DNA of 64,000 bases from Bacillota bacterium (GTDB taxonomy: Bacteria; Bacillota; Limnochordia; DUMW01), in assembly GCA_012839765.1 (NCBI GenBank), contig DUMW01000027.1, forward strand, positions 1,137-65,136, in the 5' to 3' direction. Of the stretch, positions 27,595 to 37,197 are shown piece by piece. Positions within the stretch are counted from its first letter, which is position 1. Each line of letters begins with the position of its first letter. Made by a program: the position numbers and the translations under genes. The notes below the pieces were generated by a model. That model ran no database searches and was not told the DNA's origin. It saw nothing but the letters and a program-made list of their open reading frames with translations.

Positions 27595-28740
27595 ATGCTG
27601 GCAATAGTCAACGGTAAGATACTCACCATGGCTGGAAGAACATTTGATCCCGGGACTATCCTTATTGAGGAAGGAAGGATCGTCGCGGTGGTGGAGGGGC
27701 AACCGGAGCTAGGGGACAAAGAAGTCATCGATGCCAACGGCAAGGTAATTACCCCGGGACTCATCGATGCCCATTGCCATGTGGGCCTGTACGAAGAAGG
27801 GATCGGCTGGGCCGGCAACGATATCAATGAGATGACGGACCCGGTGACTCCCTTCCTACGGGCCATCGATGGCATCAACCCCGAGGAACAGGGACTGAAA
27901 GACGCGGTGATGGGTGGGGTCACCACCGTCTGCACCGGCCCGGGTAGTTCTAACGTCATTGGTGGCCAATCGGTGGTGATCAAGACCCATGGCCGGGTGG
28001 TAGATGAAATGGTCCTGAAGGCCCCCGCAGGGCTAAAGGTAGCCTTTGGAGAGAACCCCAAGCGCTGTTTTGAACAAAAGAACGTAAAAACCCGCATGGC
28101 CGTGGCCGCGATCTTGCGCACCCAACTGGCCAAGGCCCAGGACTACTTGGCCAAAAAGCAACGGGCCACGGAAGACCAGGTCCTAGACCGGGATCTGGGG
28201 TTGGAAGTGATCGGCCAGGTCTTAAGGAGAGAGATCCCCCTTAGGGCCCATGCCCACCGGGCCGATGACATCATGACTGCCATCAGGATCGCGGAAGAGT
28301 TCAATGTGGATTTAGTGTTAGAACACTGTACCGAAGGGCACAAGATCTCGGACATCCTGGCCCAGAGGGGTTATCCAGCCATCGTAGGTCCCACCCATAG
28401 CTCCCGGAGCAAGTATGAGCTTAAGGACACGGCCCCCGCCAACCCCACCATCCTCGCGAAAGCAGGAGTCCTGGTGGCCCTCATGACTGACCATCCGGTA
28501 ATCCCCATCAACCACTTGATTTTGACCGCGTCCTTAGCGGTGAAGGCGGGGATGGACAGGGAAGAGGCCCTCCGGGCGGTAACCATCAATCCCGCGCAGA
28601 TCCTGGGAGTAGAGAAGCGAGTAGGCAGCATCGAAGTGGGAAAGGATGCGGACTTGGTCCTGTGGTCCCAGGATCCCTTGGATGTGCAGGCCAAGGCAGA
28701 GCGGGTACTGATCAACGGCAAAGTGGTGTATCAACAATAG
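27595..28740 (+). CDS. Amidohydrolase-family metal-dependent hydrolase
   Basis: MLAIVNGKILT...GLIDAHCHVGL metal-binding motif. Start moved to ATG 27595 (AAGGGAAGGG 10 nt upstream); the track GTG 27586 has no spacer. Confidence 0.85.
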   Translation: MLAIVNGKILTMAGRTFDPGTILIEEGRIVAVVEGQPELGDKEVIDANGKVITPGLIDAHCHVGLYEEGIGWAGNDINEMTDPVTPFLRAIDGINPEEQGLKDAVMGGVTTVCTGPGSSNVIGGQSVVIKTHGRVVDEMVLKAPAGLKVAFGENPKRCFEQKNVKTRMAVAAILRTQLAKAQDYLAKKQRATEDQVLDRDLGLEVIGQVLRREIPLRAHAHRADDIMTAIRIAEEFNVDLVLEHCTEGHKISDILAQRGYPAIVGPTHSSRSKYELKDTAPANPTILAKAGVLVALMTDHPVIPINHLILTASLAVKAGMDREEALRAVTINPAQILGVEKRVGSIEVGKDADLVLWSQDPLDVQAKAERVLINGKVVYQQ

Positions 28741-28771
28741 ACAAGGGGCCGCCACGGCCCCTTTTTTCCTT

Positions 28772-30058
28772 CTACAGGATCAAACACCAGATCTCCTCTA
28801 GCCTTTGAAAGTAAAAGGAGACTATTTGCGTATCGCTTTGCAACACCCGCCCGAAGCTGTCCCGCTGGGTGTTACGCAGTTCCACCTCCACCTGGATCAC
28901 CTGGCGATACACCTCGTTAGTACGGGGATGGCGCCACTCCTCAAGTTCCCTTTCACCAATAATCCCAATCCGGTCCACATATCGATACTGGGTTTCCACG
29001 AAGTTGCGGGCAAAGAAACGGAAATCACCCTCCTCCCACTGGACCTTCAACCGAGGGTGCAAATGCCACTGGTAGATGCGGTCAAAGTCCCGGTCCACCA
29101 AAAGCCACTTGAGGATGGAGTCCACCGAAGCATTGCGGGGATCCGCTTCCCTTAAAGTAGCCGCCAGGAAGGGATGGGCGAACATGTCACCAATATCTAG
29201 TTCCATCCAGCTGCCTTCCCGGCCCGCGCTGAAGTAGGCCGCGCCCACCAGGAAGAGATAAACCAAGGCCACCAGACCCACCACCTGCCAGATGGAGGCC
29301 CGGGTGCTCCCTTCCCGCCGCACCGGTGAAAGGGCGGGGACGGACCGCCGCGCATATTCCTCCGCACTGAGGGTAGACTCCACCTGCAGATTCAATTCAT
29401 AGGGGATCTCCCGTTTAACCAGGTCCACCGTCCGCTTTTCGTCACTGGGATCAAAGGGACCGGCAACGATTAGAACACCGTCTTCCCACCGAGCGGAGAC
29501 TAGACCCAGGCGGGGCAGGCCAAAGCGTAAAGCAAGGTGATATCTCACCAGCCCCGCAACCATCCCCGGCCGATCCCAAAGGCCACCCAGGGCCAAGAAC
29601 CAGTGCAGACTCCGGCGGTAAATCCAAAAAAGCATAGGCACCACCAGAATGGTCAACAGGCGGTAAAGCTCCGTCACCGCCTGACTGGCTGCGGTGGTAC
29701 CGGCCCACCACCAGACCAGGATCAGTAAAGCCACAAGCACCGCATCGACCAGCCGAAAACGCTGGAACCGTAGGGGGAGCCACCGGGTAAGCAGCACATA
29801 CAAAGCTCCGGTGCCCAACAAAACAAGGAACAACCCCATAAGATCCCGCGGAAAAAACACCGTCTTCCCAAAAGACCCGATATACTTCAACACCACCAGC
29901 ACCGGCCCCACGGGCAACGCGGCCAGGGCACCCAATAGGCAGGCCAAAGGCAGGGGTAGGGCAGAGCTCAACCCCCCACAACAGGTACTTTCCAGTTGGG
30001 GATCTCGGACACAGCGCAGGGCCAAATCCAGCGACCCGCGGACTTTACGAAACCACAC
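28772..30058 (-). CDS. Membrane protein, unknown function (4-5 N-terminal TM helices plus soluble C-terminal domain)
   Basis: The track ORF runs to 30220, which would abut the divergent gene start at 30224. GTG at 30058 (SD-like GGGGGTGG) or ATG at 29839 are more plausible starts. TM segments and a C-terminal domain (VDRDFDRIYQWHLHPRLKVQWEEGDFRFF) carry no known motif. Confidence 0.45.
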   Translation of the reverse strand: MWFRKVRGSLDLALRCVRDPQLESTCCGGLSSALPLPLACLLGALAALPVGPVLVVLKYIGSFGKTVFFPRDLMGLFLVLLGTGALYVLLTRWLPLRFQRFRLVDAVLVALLILVWWWAGTTAASQAVTELYRLLTILVVPMLFWIYRRSLHWFLALGGLWDRPGMVAGLVRYHLALRFGLPRLGLVSARWEDGVLIVAGPFDPSDEKRTVDLVKREIPYELNLQVESTLSAEEYARRSVPALSPVRREGSTRASIWQVVGLVALVYLFLVGAAYFSAGREGSWMELDIGDMFAHPFLAATLREADPRNASVDSILKWLLVDRDFDRIYQWHLHPRLKVQWEEGDFRFFARNFVETQYRYVDRIGIIGERELEEWRHPRTNEVYRQVIQVEVELRNTQRDSFGRVLQSDTQIVSFYFQRLEEIWCLIL

Positions 30059-30223
30059 CGTACCACCCCCGGGGGTGCATAAATTTCTTCTTAAGGAAAC
30101 ATCTTCTCCCCGGTTACCCTCAACTCCTGCCCCCGGCCCAGGAGGAATTTCCCCCGCCCCAGCGAAAGATAAGTAGATATGTAATAATATACGACAAATT
30201 AACCGACGGTGAGGTAACAACCC

Positions 30224-31513
30224 ATGTCTCCAGTTTCCCTAAAGGACTTAGCTATGTTTTACTTCCCCCTGTGTTCCACCAGTTTGCTGTTTTACCTGAT
30301 CCAGACCCTCCTCCATGGGGGATTGGCCCGCACCCCGGATTTCCCCCTCTCCCTCAGCGCCTTCGCCCTGGCCCGTAGCCTCACCCTCATGATCTGCGCC
30401 TACGTCTTTACCATCCCCCAGACCATTACCGCCCTGGCCAAGGACGCGGTCACCTTCCAGCGGGTCTGCCGCCATTTCCAACACCTCACCCTCCTCACCG
30501 GAGGGTTACTCGCCTTCCTGGGCTGGACCCCCCTGGGTCCCTGGGTCTTTACCCGCCTTATGGGGGCCACGGGCCCTTTGCTCATCAAAAGTCAGCAGGC
30601 GATCCGGCTCCTGGTCCTGTTGCCCTTGGTAATGACCCTCCACCAAAGGGAAGTAGGGCTCCTCATCAGAGCGAAGAAGACTCACCCGATTCTCGTCGGC
30701 GCCCTGATCCAACTGGTCACCGTCGGCCTGTTAGTCTTCGGCCTCGGTGCCACCGGTCTGCCCGGGGGTGTGGTGGGATCCCTAGCCTATGTGGGCTCCT
30801 TTGGGGCCAACTACTTATTTTTGCGCCAGGTGCCCAAGGCCCCGTGGCCAAAGGAAGATTCAGCAGAATCCCTGGCCCTGACCGCCATTAGGAACTTTTC
30901 CCTACCGTTGATCCTCACCGCCTTTGTGGGCATGGTCTTTCCACCGCTGGTCAATGCCGCGCTTACCCGTTCTCACAATCCCAATTTGTTTCTCCCGGCC
31001 TTTGAAATTGGCTTCCACTATGGTATGCTACTGGTTGGTCCGCTTTTTCAGCTGCACCAGTGCGGTTTGAATTTCACCGCTAAGGCAAACCGGCGGCAGG
31101 TTACAAGATTCACACCCCTGGTGAGCGGCGGCAGTGTTTTGGGTTTGTTACTTGCAGGGTTTACCCCCGTAGGACGTTGGGTCTTCCTGCGTCTTTTGGC
31201 CGTGGATTTACCGGTAACCCAGGAGGCCATTAGGGTAGTACAGGTCATGGCGATCCTGCCCGTACTTGCCGGTGCGAGGGAGTATCGGTGGGGCCTTTTC
31301 ATGGGAACAGGGCAAGCAGCCTACATCGGCCGGGGAAAGGCCCTGAATCTGGGGATAACCTTGGCGGGTGTGGTGATAGGTATCCGGTGGTTTCCCTGGC
31401 CCTCCGCGGTCAGTGCTTTGTGGCTGTTGGTCCTGGCGGAGGTGGTGGAGTACGGCTATCTTCGTTCCCGCCCGGTGATACAGTGCGTAACCCAAGACCA
31501 CCACTGTCCTTAA
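30224..31513 (+). CDS. Polytopic membrane protein, MATE/MOP-superfamily-like (paralogue of 51400..52761)
   Basis: About 12 TM helices. It shares blocks with the 51400..52761 product (TPLGPWVF/TPLGNWVF, LHQCG/LHQCLF, EAIRVVQVMAILPVL/ARGVLGVFALFPI, REYRWGLFMGTG/REFCWGIIMQNG). Confidence 0.55.
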   Translation: MSPVSLKDLAMFYFPLCSTSLLFYLIQTLLHGGLARTPDFPLSLSAFALARSLTLMICAYVFTIPQTITALAKDAVTFQRVCRHFQHLTLLTGGLLAFLGWTPLGPWVFTRLMGATGPLLIKSQQAIRLLVLLPLVMTLHQREVGLLIRAKKTHPILVGALIQLVTVGLLVFGLGATGLPGGVVGSLAYVGSFGANYLFLRQVPKAPWPKEDSAESLALTAIRNFSLPLILTAFVGMVFPPLVNAALTRSHNPNLFLPAFEIGFHYGMLLVGPLFQLHQCGLNFTAKANRRQVTRFTPLVSGGSVLGLLLAGFTPVGRWVFLRLLAVDLPVTQEAIRVVQVMAILPVLAGAREYRWGLFMGTGQAAYIGRGKALNLGITLAGVVIGIRWFPWPSAVSALWLLVLAEVVEYGYLRSRPVIQCVTQDHHCP

Positions 31514-31645
31514 GTCTAAAACTTCCCAGCACCAGGACCGTCCTGGGGGGGAGTCTGTGCCCAAACTTCGAGAAATTATGCACGAATTGCCTTGACATTG
31601 CCCTAGGCATGTGTTATTGTTGACTCGGGAAAAGTTTCACGAGTC

Positions 31646-31921
31646 TTGGGCTGGGGAGTGGGTGCCGTGATTACCATCGAAGTTTGCGTCGGTAGCTCCT
31701 GTTACTTGAAAGGGGCCCACCAGATTGTCCAATACCTCCAGGAGGCCCTGCAAGAAGCGGACATCACCGACGCGGTGGAACTGCGTTGCGTCTTCTGTCT
31801 TGGTCAATGCCAGAACGGTCCCAATCTGTTGGTGGATGGTAAACTGTTAAGCGGCATCACACCGGAAAAGGCCAAGGAACTGATTCACCAGGTCATCCTG
31901 CCGCAGGTGAGGGGAGAGTAA
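31646..31921 (+). CDS. Thioredoxin-like [2Fe-2S] ferredoxin, small (HfsA-like position)
   Basis: Cys pattern CVGSSCYLKGA...CVFCLGQCQNGPNLLVDG resembles the C-terminal Trx-like 2Fe-2S domain of HydA/NuoE. The likely true start is GTG about 31667 (VITIEV) behind GGGGAGTGGG. Its stop overlaps the hydS start (TAATG). Confidence 0.7.
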   Translation: MGWGVGAVITIEVCVGSSCYLKGAHQIVQYLQEALQEADITDAVELRCVFCLGQCQNGPNLLVDGKLLSGITPEKAKELIHQVILPQVRGE

Positions 31922-33645
31922 TGGGGATCATCACCACAAACATTGCACATTGCAAAGACTGCTATAAATGCGTTCGCCGGTGCCCGGTAAAGGCTATTCG
32001 GGTGATCGATGGCCATGCCCAGGTCTGGGATGAACTATGTGTACATGATGGATCCTGCATAAATGTGTGCCCCCAGGGGGCCAAGAAGGTCGAGTCCCAC
32101 CTGGAGTTGGTGCAGGAGCTCCTAAGGGGACAAGCACCGGTCATCGCCAGCATTGCTCCTTCCTTCACCGCGGTATGGCCTAGGCAGGCCAAGGCCTTGC
32201 CTGAAATACTCACCCAATTAGGGTTTACCGCCGTTCAGGAGACAGCAGTGGCGGCGGAAGTCGTGGCCCAGGCACATCGACGGGAGCTTTTGGACCGCAA
32301 GGCTAAGGGCGGACCACTTCCCGTCATCACCAGCAGCTGTCCGGCCGTGGTAGAGCTGATTGAAAAACATTTTCCTGAGAGTGTAGAACTGATTGCCAAA
32401 GTAGTATCCCCGATGATCCTCCACGGGTATATGCTGAAAGAACAATACGGGCCGGACAGCCGCGTGGTTTTCATCGGGCCCTGCGTGGCCAAGAAGGCGG
32501 AAATGCACATTGAAGAACACCGGGGAAGCATTGATGCGGTGCTCACTTTCACAGAACTGGAAGAGCTTTGCCAGGGCGCATCCTTGGACCTCTCTGGCAC
32601 TGCCGGGGATTTTTCCCCGCCCCACCCAAACCTAGCCCGACTTTTCCCCTTAGAAGGTGGGTTAATCCGGACTGCTGGGCTGGATCCCTGTATGCTGGCC
32701 GGAGGCCTGCGGGCCATCAGCGGCATCCAAGAGTGCATTGAGTTCTTAACGGAGCTTCGGCAGGAGCGACCCGCAAACCTAGAGATGGTGGAGCTCATGT
32801 CCTGCAAGAACGGTTGCATCGGCGGCCCGGCCCTGGGGTCGGCCCGTTCCTTGGAGGTACGCCGGCAACGGGTCATTCATTGGTACGAGCAGGAAAGGAA
32901 AACACCAGCGCCCATGGCGGCTTTAGACGAAATCCCCAGGCGCCACTACCGGGTAAGGCCAGAGGCCCAGCTGCCCACCCCCTCCGAGGAGGAGATCCGT
33001 AAGATCCTGGCCCAAATCGGCAAGTTCAGCCCCGAAGATGAGCTCAACTGTGGGGCCTGCGGTTACGATACTTGCCGGGAGAAGGCCATTGCGGTCTACC
33101 GGAAGGCCGCAGAAATCGAAATGTGCATCCCCTATATGCGCAAGCGGGCCGAATCTTTGGCCAATGTGATTATGGAATCCATTCCCAATGGGATTGTGGT
33201 CTGTGACCGGGATTTGAACATTGTCTCCTTGAATCCCGCAGCAGAGAAGATGTTTCTCTGCAAGCTAGACCAAGTAAAGGGCAAGAAGCTGGGATACCTA
33301 CTGGATCCCAAACATTTTCGGCAGGCCCTGTCCACCGAGGAACTGACCATTGTGGAGGTGGCCTACCCGAATTACAACTTAACAACAAAGCAATACATCC
33401 TCTATGTAAAACAAGAGGGCATCGTCATTGGCATTTTCGTGGATATCACCCAGGAGCAAAGGCAACAGGCTAAGTTGACCTCCCTGCGACAGGAAACCTT
33501 ACTCAAGGCCCAGGAGGTCATCGACCGGCAGATGCGGGTCGCCCAAGAGATCGCCGGCCTTTTAGGGGAGACCACCGCCGAGACCAAGGTGCTGCTTACC
33601 CGATTGACCAACTTCATCAGGGAAGAGGGTAACGGTCATGGGTGA
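31921..33645 (+). CDS. hydS: Sensory [FeFe]-hydrogenase-like protein HydS (Fd domain + H-cluster domain + PAS)
   Basis: N-terminal 2x[4Fe-4S] motif (CKDCYKCVRRCP...CVHDGSCINVCP). H-cluster motifs L1 TSSCP (first Cys of canonical TSCCP replaced by Ser), L2 GPCVAKKAE and L3 ELMSCKNGCIGGP. C-terminal PAS (NGIVVCDRDLNIVSLNPAAEKMF). Confidence 0.85.
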   Translation: MGIITTNIAHCKDCYKCVRRCPVKAIRVIDGHAQVWDELCVHDGSCINVCPQGAKKVESHLELVQELLRGQAPVIASIAPSFTAVWPRQAKALPEILTQLGFTAVQETAVAAEVVAQAHRRELLDRKAKGGPLPVITSSCPAVVELIEKHFPESVELIAKVVSPMILHGYMLKEQYGPDSRVVFIGPCVAKKAEMHIEEHRGSIDAVLTFTELEELCQGASLDLSGTAGDFSPPHPNLARLFPLEGGLIRTAGLDPCMLAGGLRAISGIQECIEFLTELRQERPANLEMVELMSCKNGCIGGPALGSARSLEVRRQRVIHWYEQERKTPAPMAALDEIPRRHYRVRPEAQLPTPSEEEIRKILAQIGKFSPEDELNCGACGYDTCREKAIAVYRKAAEIEMCIPYMRKRAESLANVIMESIPNGIVVCDRDLNIVSLNPAAEKMFLCKLDQVKGKKLGYLLDPKHFRQALSTEELTIVEVAYPNYNLTTKQYILYVKQEGIVIGIFVDITQEQRQQAKLTSLRQETLLKAQEVIDRQMRVAQEIAGLLGETTAETKVLLTRLTNFIREEGNGHG

Positions 33646-34789
33646 TTTTTACGTGGAAATTGGTATCAGCTGCCTGCCTAAGTACACGGAAGAGCTGTGT
33701 GGCGACACCGTCCGCACCACCGCCACCGAAGCTTCGGTGGTAGGGGTGGTCTCCGACGGGTTAGGCAGTGGGGTGAAGGCCAGTATCCTCTCCACCCTCA
33801 CCACCAGCATCGCAGCCCGCATGTTTACTTCCGGGGTTTCCCTGGAGGACATGATGGAAACCATCGGGGCCACCTTGCCCCTTTGCAGGGAGCGAAAGAT
33901 CGCTTATGCGACCCTCACGGCCCTGGAGATCCGCCGGACCGGACAGGCCTATTTAGCCGAATTCGATGCTCCCGAGGCATTGCTCCTCCGGGGGGGACAG
34001 CCGGTGGTCTTAGAACGCACCCCCCGGCGGGTGCGGGGAGGCACTTGGACGGTGAACGAAGCCCACTTCTGGATGCAAGAGGATGATTACCTGGTCTGTG
34101 TCACCGATGGGGTGATCCACGCAGGGATCGGTGCCAAGCTGGCCCTGGGACTGGGGGAAACGGGACTGCGGAATTATCTTGAGCAGGAACTTACCCCCCA
34201 GATGGAAGCCCAGACCGTAGCGGACCGGATCCTGGATTACGTCCACTTCCTGTATGATGGCCGGCCGGGGGACGATGCCACGGCCCTGGTGCTCAGGACC
34301 CGCAAGCCCCGGCGGTTGATGGTACTGGTGGGCCCCCCTAAGGATCCCGCCCTGGATCCGGTACTGGCGCGGAAACTGGCGGCCTTTCCCGGAAAGAAAG
34401 TAATCTGCGGAGGCACCACCGCTACGCTTGTGGCCAGGGAGTTGGAAAGGCCCCTGACCATTGATCTGGAGCAATTTCCCGTGGATCATCCACCCAGCGG
34501 CCAGATCCCGGGAATCGACCTGGTGACCGAGGGAATCATTACCCTCTGTACCACCGCCGAGATGCTCACAGACCAGAGGGATAGATACCAAGAAAACTCA
34601 CCTGCGGGGCAGTTGAGTCAACTGCTTTTGGAAAGCGACTACATCGACTTTCATGTCGGCGGGGCCATCAATCCGGCCCACCAAAACCCGGATTTGCCCT
34701 TTGACCTGGCGCTGAAACAGCAGGTGGTAAATAAAATCGCCGCGGCCTTGAAAGAAAAAGGCAAGCGGGTGCAACTGCAGTTTTACTAA
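33638..34789 (+). CDS. PP2C-type Ser/Thr phosphatase (SpoIIE/RsbU family) with extra C-terminal domain
   Basis: GVVSDGLGSGVKASILS (metal-binding DG.G.G block) and TDGVIHAGIG. A C-terminal domain of about 170 aa has unknown function. It overlaps the hydS stop by 8 nt. Confidence 0.8.
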   Translation: MGDFYVEIGISCLPKYTEELCGDTVRTTATEASVVGVVSDGLGSGVKASILSTLTTSIAARMFTSGVSLEDMMETIGATLPLCRERKIAYATLTALEIRRTGQAYLAEFDAPEALLLRGGQPVVLERTPRRVRGGTWTVNEAHFWMQEDDYLVCVTDGVIHAGIGAKLALGLGETGLRNYLEQELTPQMEAQTVADRILDYVHFLYDGRPGDDATALVLRTRKPRRLMVLVGPPKDPALDPVLARKLAAFPGKKVICGGTTATLVARELERPLTIDLEQFPVDHPPSGQIPGIDLVTEGIITLCTTAEMLTDQRDRYQENSPAGQLSQLLLESDYIDFHVGGAINPAHQNPDLPFDLALKQQVVNKIAAALKEKGKRVQLQFY

Positions 34790-34808
34790 ATAAAGGAGTG
34801 AATCGTTC

Positions 34809-35321
34809 GTGGCAGCCAAACAAACCACTTCGGAGGAAATCCGCAGTTTTGCCAAGGTGAACGCGATCATTGAAGCCCACGGCAAAAGACCTGAAGCCTT
34901 GATCGCCATCCTCCAGGAGATCCAGGAGGAATACAGATACTTGCCCGAAGAGGTTCTCGCCTATGTGGCAACGGCGCTGAACATCTCACCGGCAAAGGTG
35001 TACGGTGTGACCACCTTCTACGCCCAGTTTTCCACCGTGCCCAAGGGAAAATACGTCATCCAGGTGTGTGATGGTACCGCCTGTCACGTGCGGGGGTCCA
35101 ATCCGCTGATCGAGACCATCCAAAAGACCCTGGGGATTTCCGAAGAGAAACCCACCAGTGATGACCTGCTCTTTACCCTGGAGACGGTTTCGTGTCTTGG
35201 CGCCTGTGGTCTGGCCCCGGTGATGCTCATCAACGACAAGGTCTTTGGAGAGATGACACCGGAGAAAACCAAGGAGTTGCTGGAGAAATTGAAGAGTGGG
35301 GAGGTAACCCTTGATGATTAA
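34809..35321 (+). CDS. hydC: NuoE-like [2Fe-2S] subunit of the trimeric NADH-dependent [FeFe] hydrogenase (HydC)
   Basis: Trx-like 2Fe-2S motif CDGTACHVRG...SCLGACGLAPVMLIND. GTG start with SD AAGGAGTGA. It lies 19 nt after the PP2C gene. Confidence 0.9.
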   Translation: MAAKQTTSEEIRSFAKVNAIIEAHGKRPEALIAILQEIQEEYRYLPEEVLAYVATALNISPAKVYGVTTFYAQFSTVPKGKYVIQVCDGTACHVRGSNPLIETIQKTLGISEEKPTSDDLLFTLETVSCLGACGLAPVMLINDKVFGEMTPEKTKELLEKLKSGEVTLDD

Positions 35322-37197
35322 ATCTGTCGCGGATCTGCGCAAGATTAAAGAACAGTTTATCAATACCACCAAACGGGAACGGAAGCGCATCTCCGTCTGC
35401 GCAGGTACCGGTTGTGTGGTCAACGGATCTTTGAAGGTCATCAAGGCCTTCGAAGAGGAAATCAAGAAGCACGGCCTTTTGGTGGACCTGGAAATGCTCA
35501 CCGAAGGCTCCGAAGGTGTACGGGTCTCCAAGACCGGTTGTCACGGATTCTGTCAGATGGGGCCCTTGGTATACATCAACCCTGGGGATATGTTGCTGGT
35601 GAAGGTAGCCCCCGAGGATGTGCCGGCTATCGTCCAGTCCTGCATCATTGAAGACGGGCTGCCCCCGGAGAAGAACCAGTATCACCACCCCCAGACCAAC
35701 CAAACCTATATCAAAGGTGAGGAGATCCCCTTCTACAGCCAGCAGAACAGGCAAGTGCTAGCCAACTGCGGCCACGTGGATCCCACCAACCTGGAAGAAT
35801 ATGTGGCCAATGATGGGTACTTCGCCCTGGCCAAGGTCATTACCGAATACACCCCGGAAGAGGTTTGCCAGGTGGTAATCGATTCGGGACTGCGGGGCAG
35901 GGGAGGCGGCGGTTTCCCCACGGGGCGAAAGTGGCTGTTTACCCGGCAGGCCCAGGGCGATAAAAAATACGTTGTCTGTAACGGAGACGAAGGGGACCCC
36001 GGCGCTTTCATGGACCGGTCGGTCATGGAAGGTGACCCCCACAAGTTAATCGAAGGCATGATCATCGCCGCCTATGCCGTAGGCGCCGACGAGGGATATA
36101 TCTACGTCCGGGCCGAGTATCCCTTGGCCATCCAAAGGTTGCAGCAAGCCATCGCGGATGCGGAAGAACACGGTCTTTTAGGCGACAATATTCTCAACAG
36201 CGACTTTTCCTTCCGCTTGCATATCAGCAAAGGCGCCGGCGCCTTCGTGTGCGGTGAGGAGACGGCCCTGTTGGCCTCCATCGAAGGCGGTCGGGGAATG
36301 CCACGGCCCAAACCTCCCTATCCTGCCACCAGTGGATTGTTTGGCAAGCCCACGGTGATCAACAACGTGGAGACCTTTGCCAACGTGCCCTTGATCCTGT
36401 TAAAAGGCGCCGAAGCCTTCCGGGCGGTGGGGACGAAGACGAGCCCTGGCACCAAGACCTTCGCCATTACCGGTGAAGTGGCCAACACGGGACTGATCGA
36501 AGTGCCCATGGGCACTAAGCTCGGCGACATCGTCTACAAGATCGGTGGCGGCCTGCGGTCCGGCAAGGACTTCAAGGCGGTCCAGATCGGTGGTCCTTCG
36601 GGTGGATGCCTCACCAAAGAGCATCTGGACGTACCCTTGGACTTTGACTCCTTGAAGGAATATGGTGCCATGGTTGGTTCCGGCGGACTGGTCATCATGG
36701 ACGAAGGCACCTGTATGGTGGAAGTAGCACGCTTCTTCATGAAGTTCGCCCAAAACGAATCCTGTGGTAAGTGTGTTTTGTGTCGCGAAGGTACCAAGCG
36801 GATGCTGGAGATCCTGGATAAAATCGTTGCGGGCCAGGGTGAACTGGCGGACCTCGATCTTTTGGTGGAAATTGGGGAAGCGGTGAAGGACGGATCCCTA
36901 TGCGGCCTGGGTAAGACAGCGCCCAACCCGGTACTCACCACCCTCCAGTACTTCAGGGACGAATATCTGGCCCACGTTGTGGACAAACGGTGTCCCGCTG
37001 GAGTCTGTCAGTCCCTGAAACGGTTTGTCATTGATCCGGAGAAATGCCGCGGTTGCAGCAAGTGTGCCCGGATTTGTCCTGCCAATTGTATCAGTGGCAA
37101 GGTCAAGGAACCCTTCGTCATTGATCAAGAGGCCTGCCTGAAGTGCGGCAGCTGTGTAGCGGCTTGTCCCTTCGGCGCAATTGAGGAGGTGGCTTAA
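35311..37197 (+). CDS. hydB: NuoF-like NADH/FMN-binding subunit of [FeFe] hydrogenase (HydB)
   Basis: N-terminal Trx-like 2Fe-2S domain. NuoF core GRGGGGFPTGRKW, the SLBB domain, and C-terminal 2x[4Fe-4S] (CRGCSKCARICP, CLKCGSCVAACP). Confidence 0.9.
   Translation: MMIKSVADLRKIKEQFINTTKRERKRISVCAGTGCVVNGSLKVIKAFEEEIKKHGLLVDLEMLTEGSEGVRVSKTGCHGFCQMGPLVYINPGDMLLVKVAPEDVPAIVQSCIIEDGLPPEKNQYHHPQTNQTYIKGEEIPFYSQQNRQVLANCGHVDPTNLEEYVANDGYFALAKVITEYTPEEVCQVVIDSGLRGRGGGGFPTGRKWLFTRQAQGDKKYVVCNGDEGDPGAFMDRSVMEGDPHKLIEGMIIAAYAVGADEGYIYVRAEYPLAIQRLQQAIADAEEHGLLGDNILNSDFSFRLHISKGAGAFVCGEETALLASIEGGRGMPRPKPPYPATSGLFGKPTVINNVETFANVPLILLKGAEAFRAVGTKTSPGTKTFAITGEVANTGLIEVPMGTKLGDIVYKIGGGLRSGKDFKAVQIGGPSGGCLTKEHLDVPLDFDSLKEYGAMVGSGGLVIMDEGTCMVEVARFFMKFAQNESCGKCVLCREGTKRMLEILDKIVAGQGELADLDLLVEIGEAVKDGSLCGLGKTAPNPVLTTLQYFRDEYLAHVVDKRCPAGVCQSLKRFVIDPEKCRGCSKCARICPANCISGKVKEPFVIDQEACLKCGSCVAACPFGAIEEVA

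Noticed and set aside
29451-30176. 176-aa minus and 160-aa plus ORFs overlapping the 28772..30058 membrane-protein gene
   Set aside because: These are alternative-frame artefacts, with no SD.
31560-31665. Rex operator (TTGTGAA-n4-TTCACAA) upstream of the hydrogenase operon
   Set aside because: Only partial half-site-like elements (GTTTCACGA, TTGTTGAC) are present at the wrong spacing. There is no convincing Rex box by eye, and a PWM scan would be needed.
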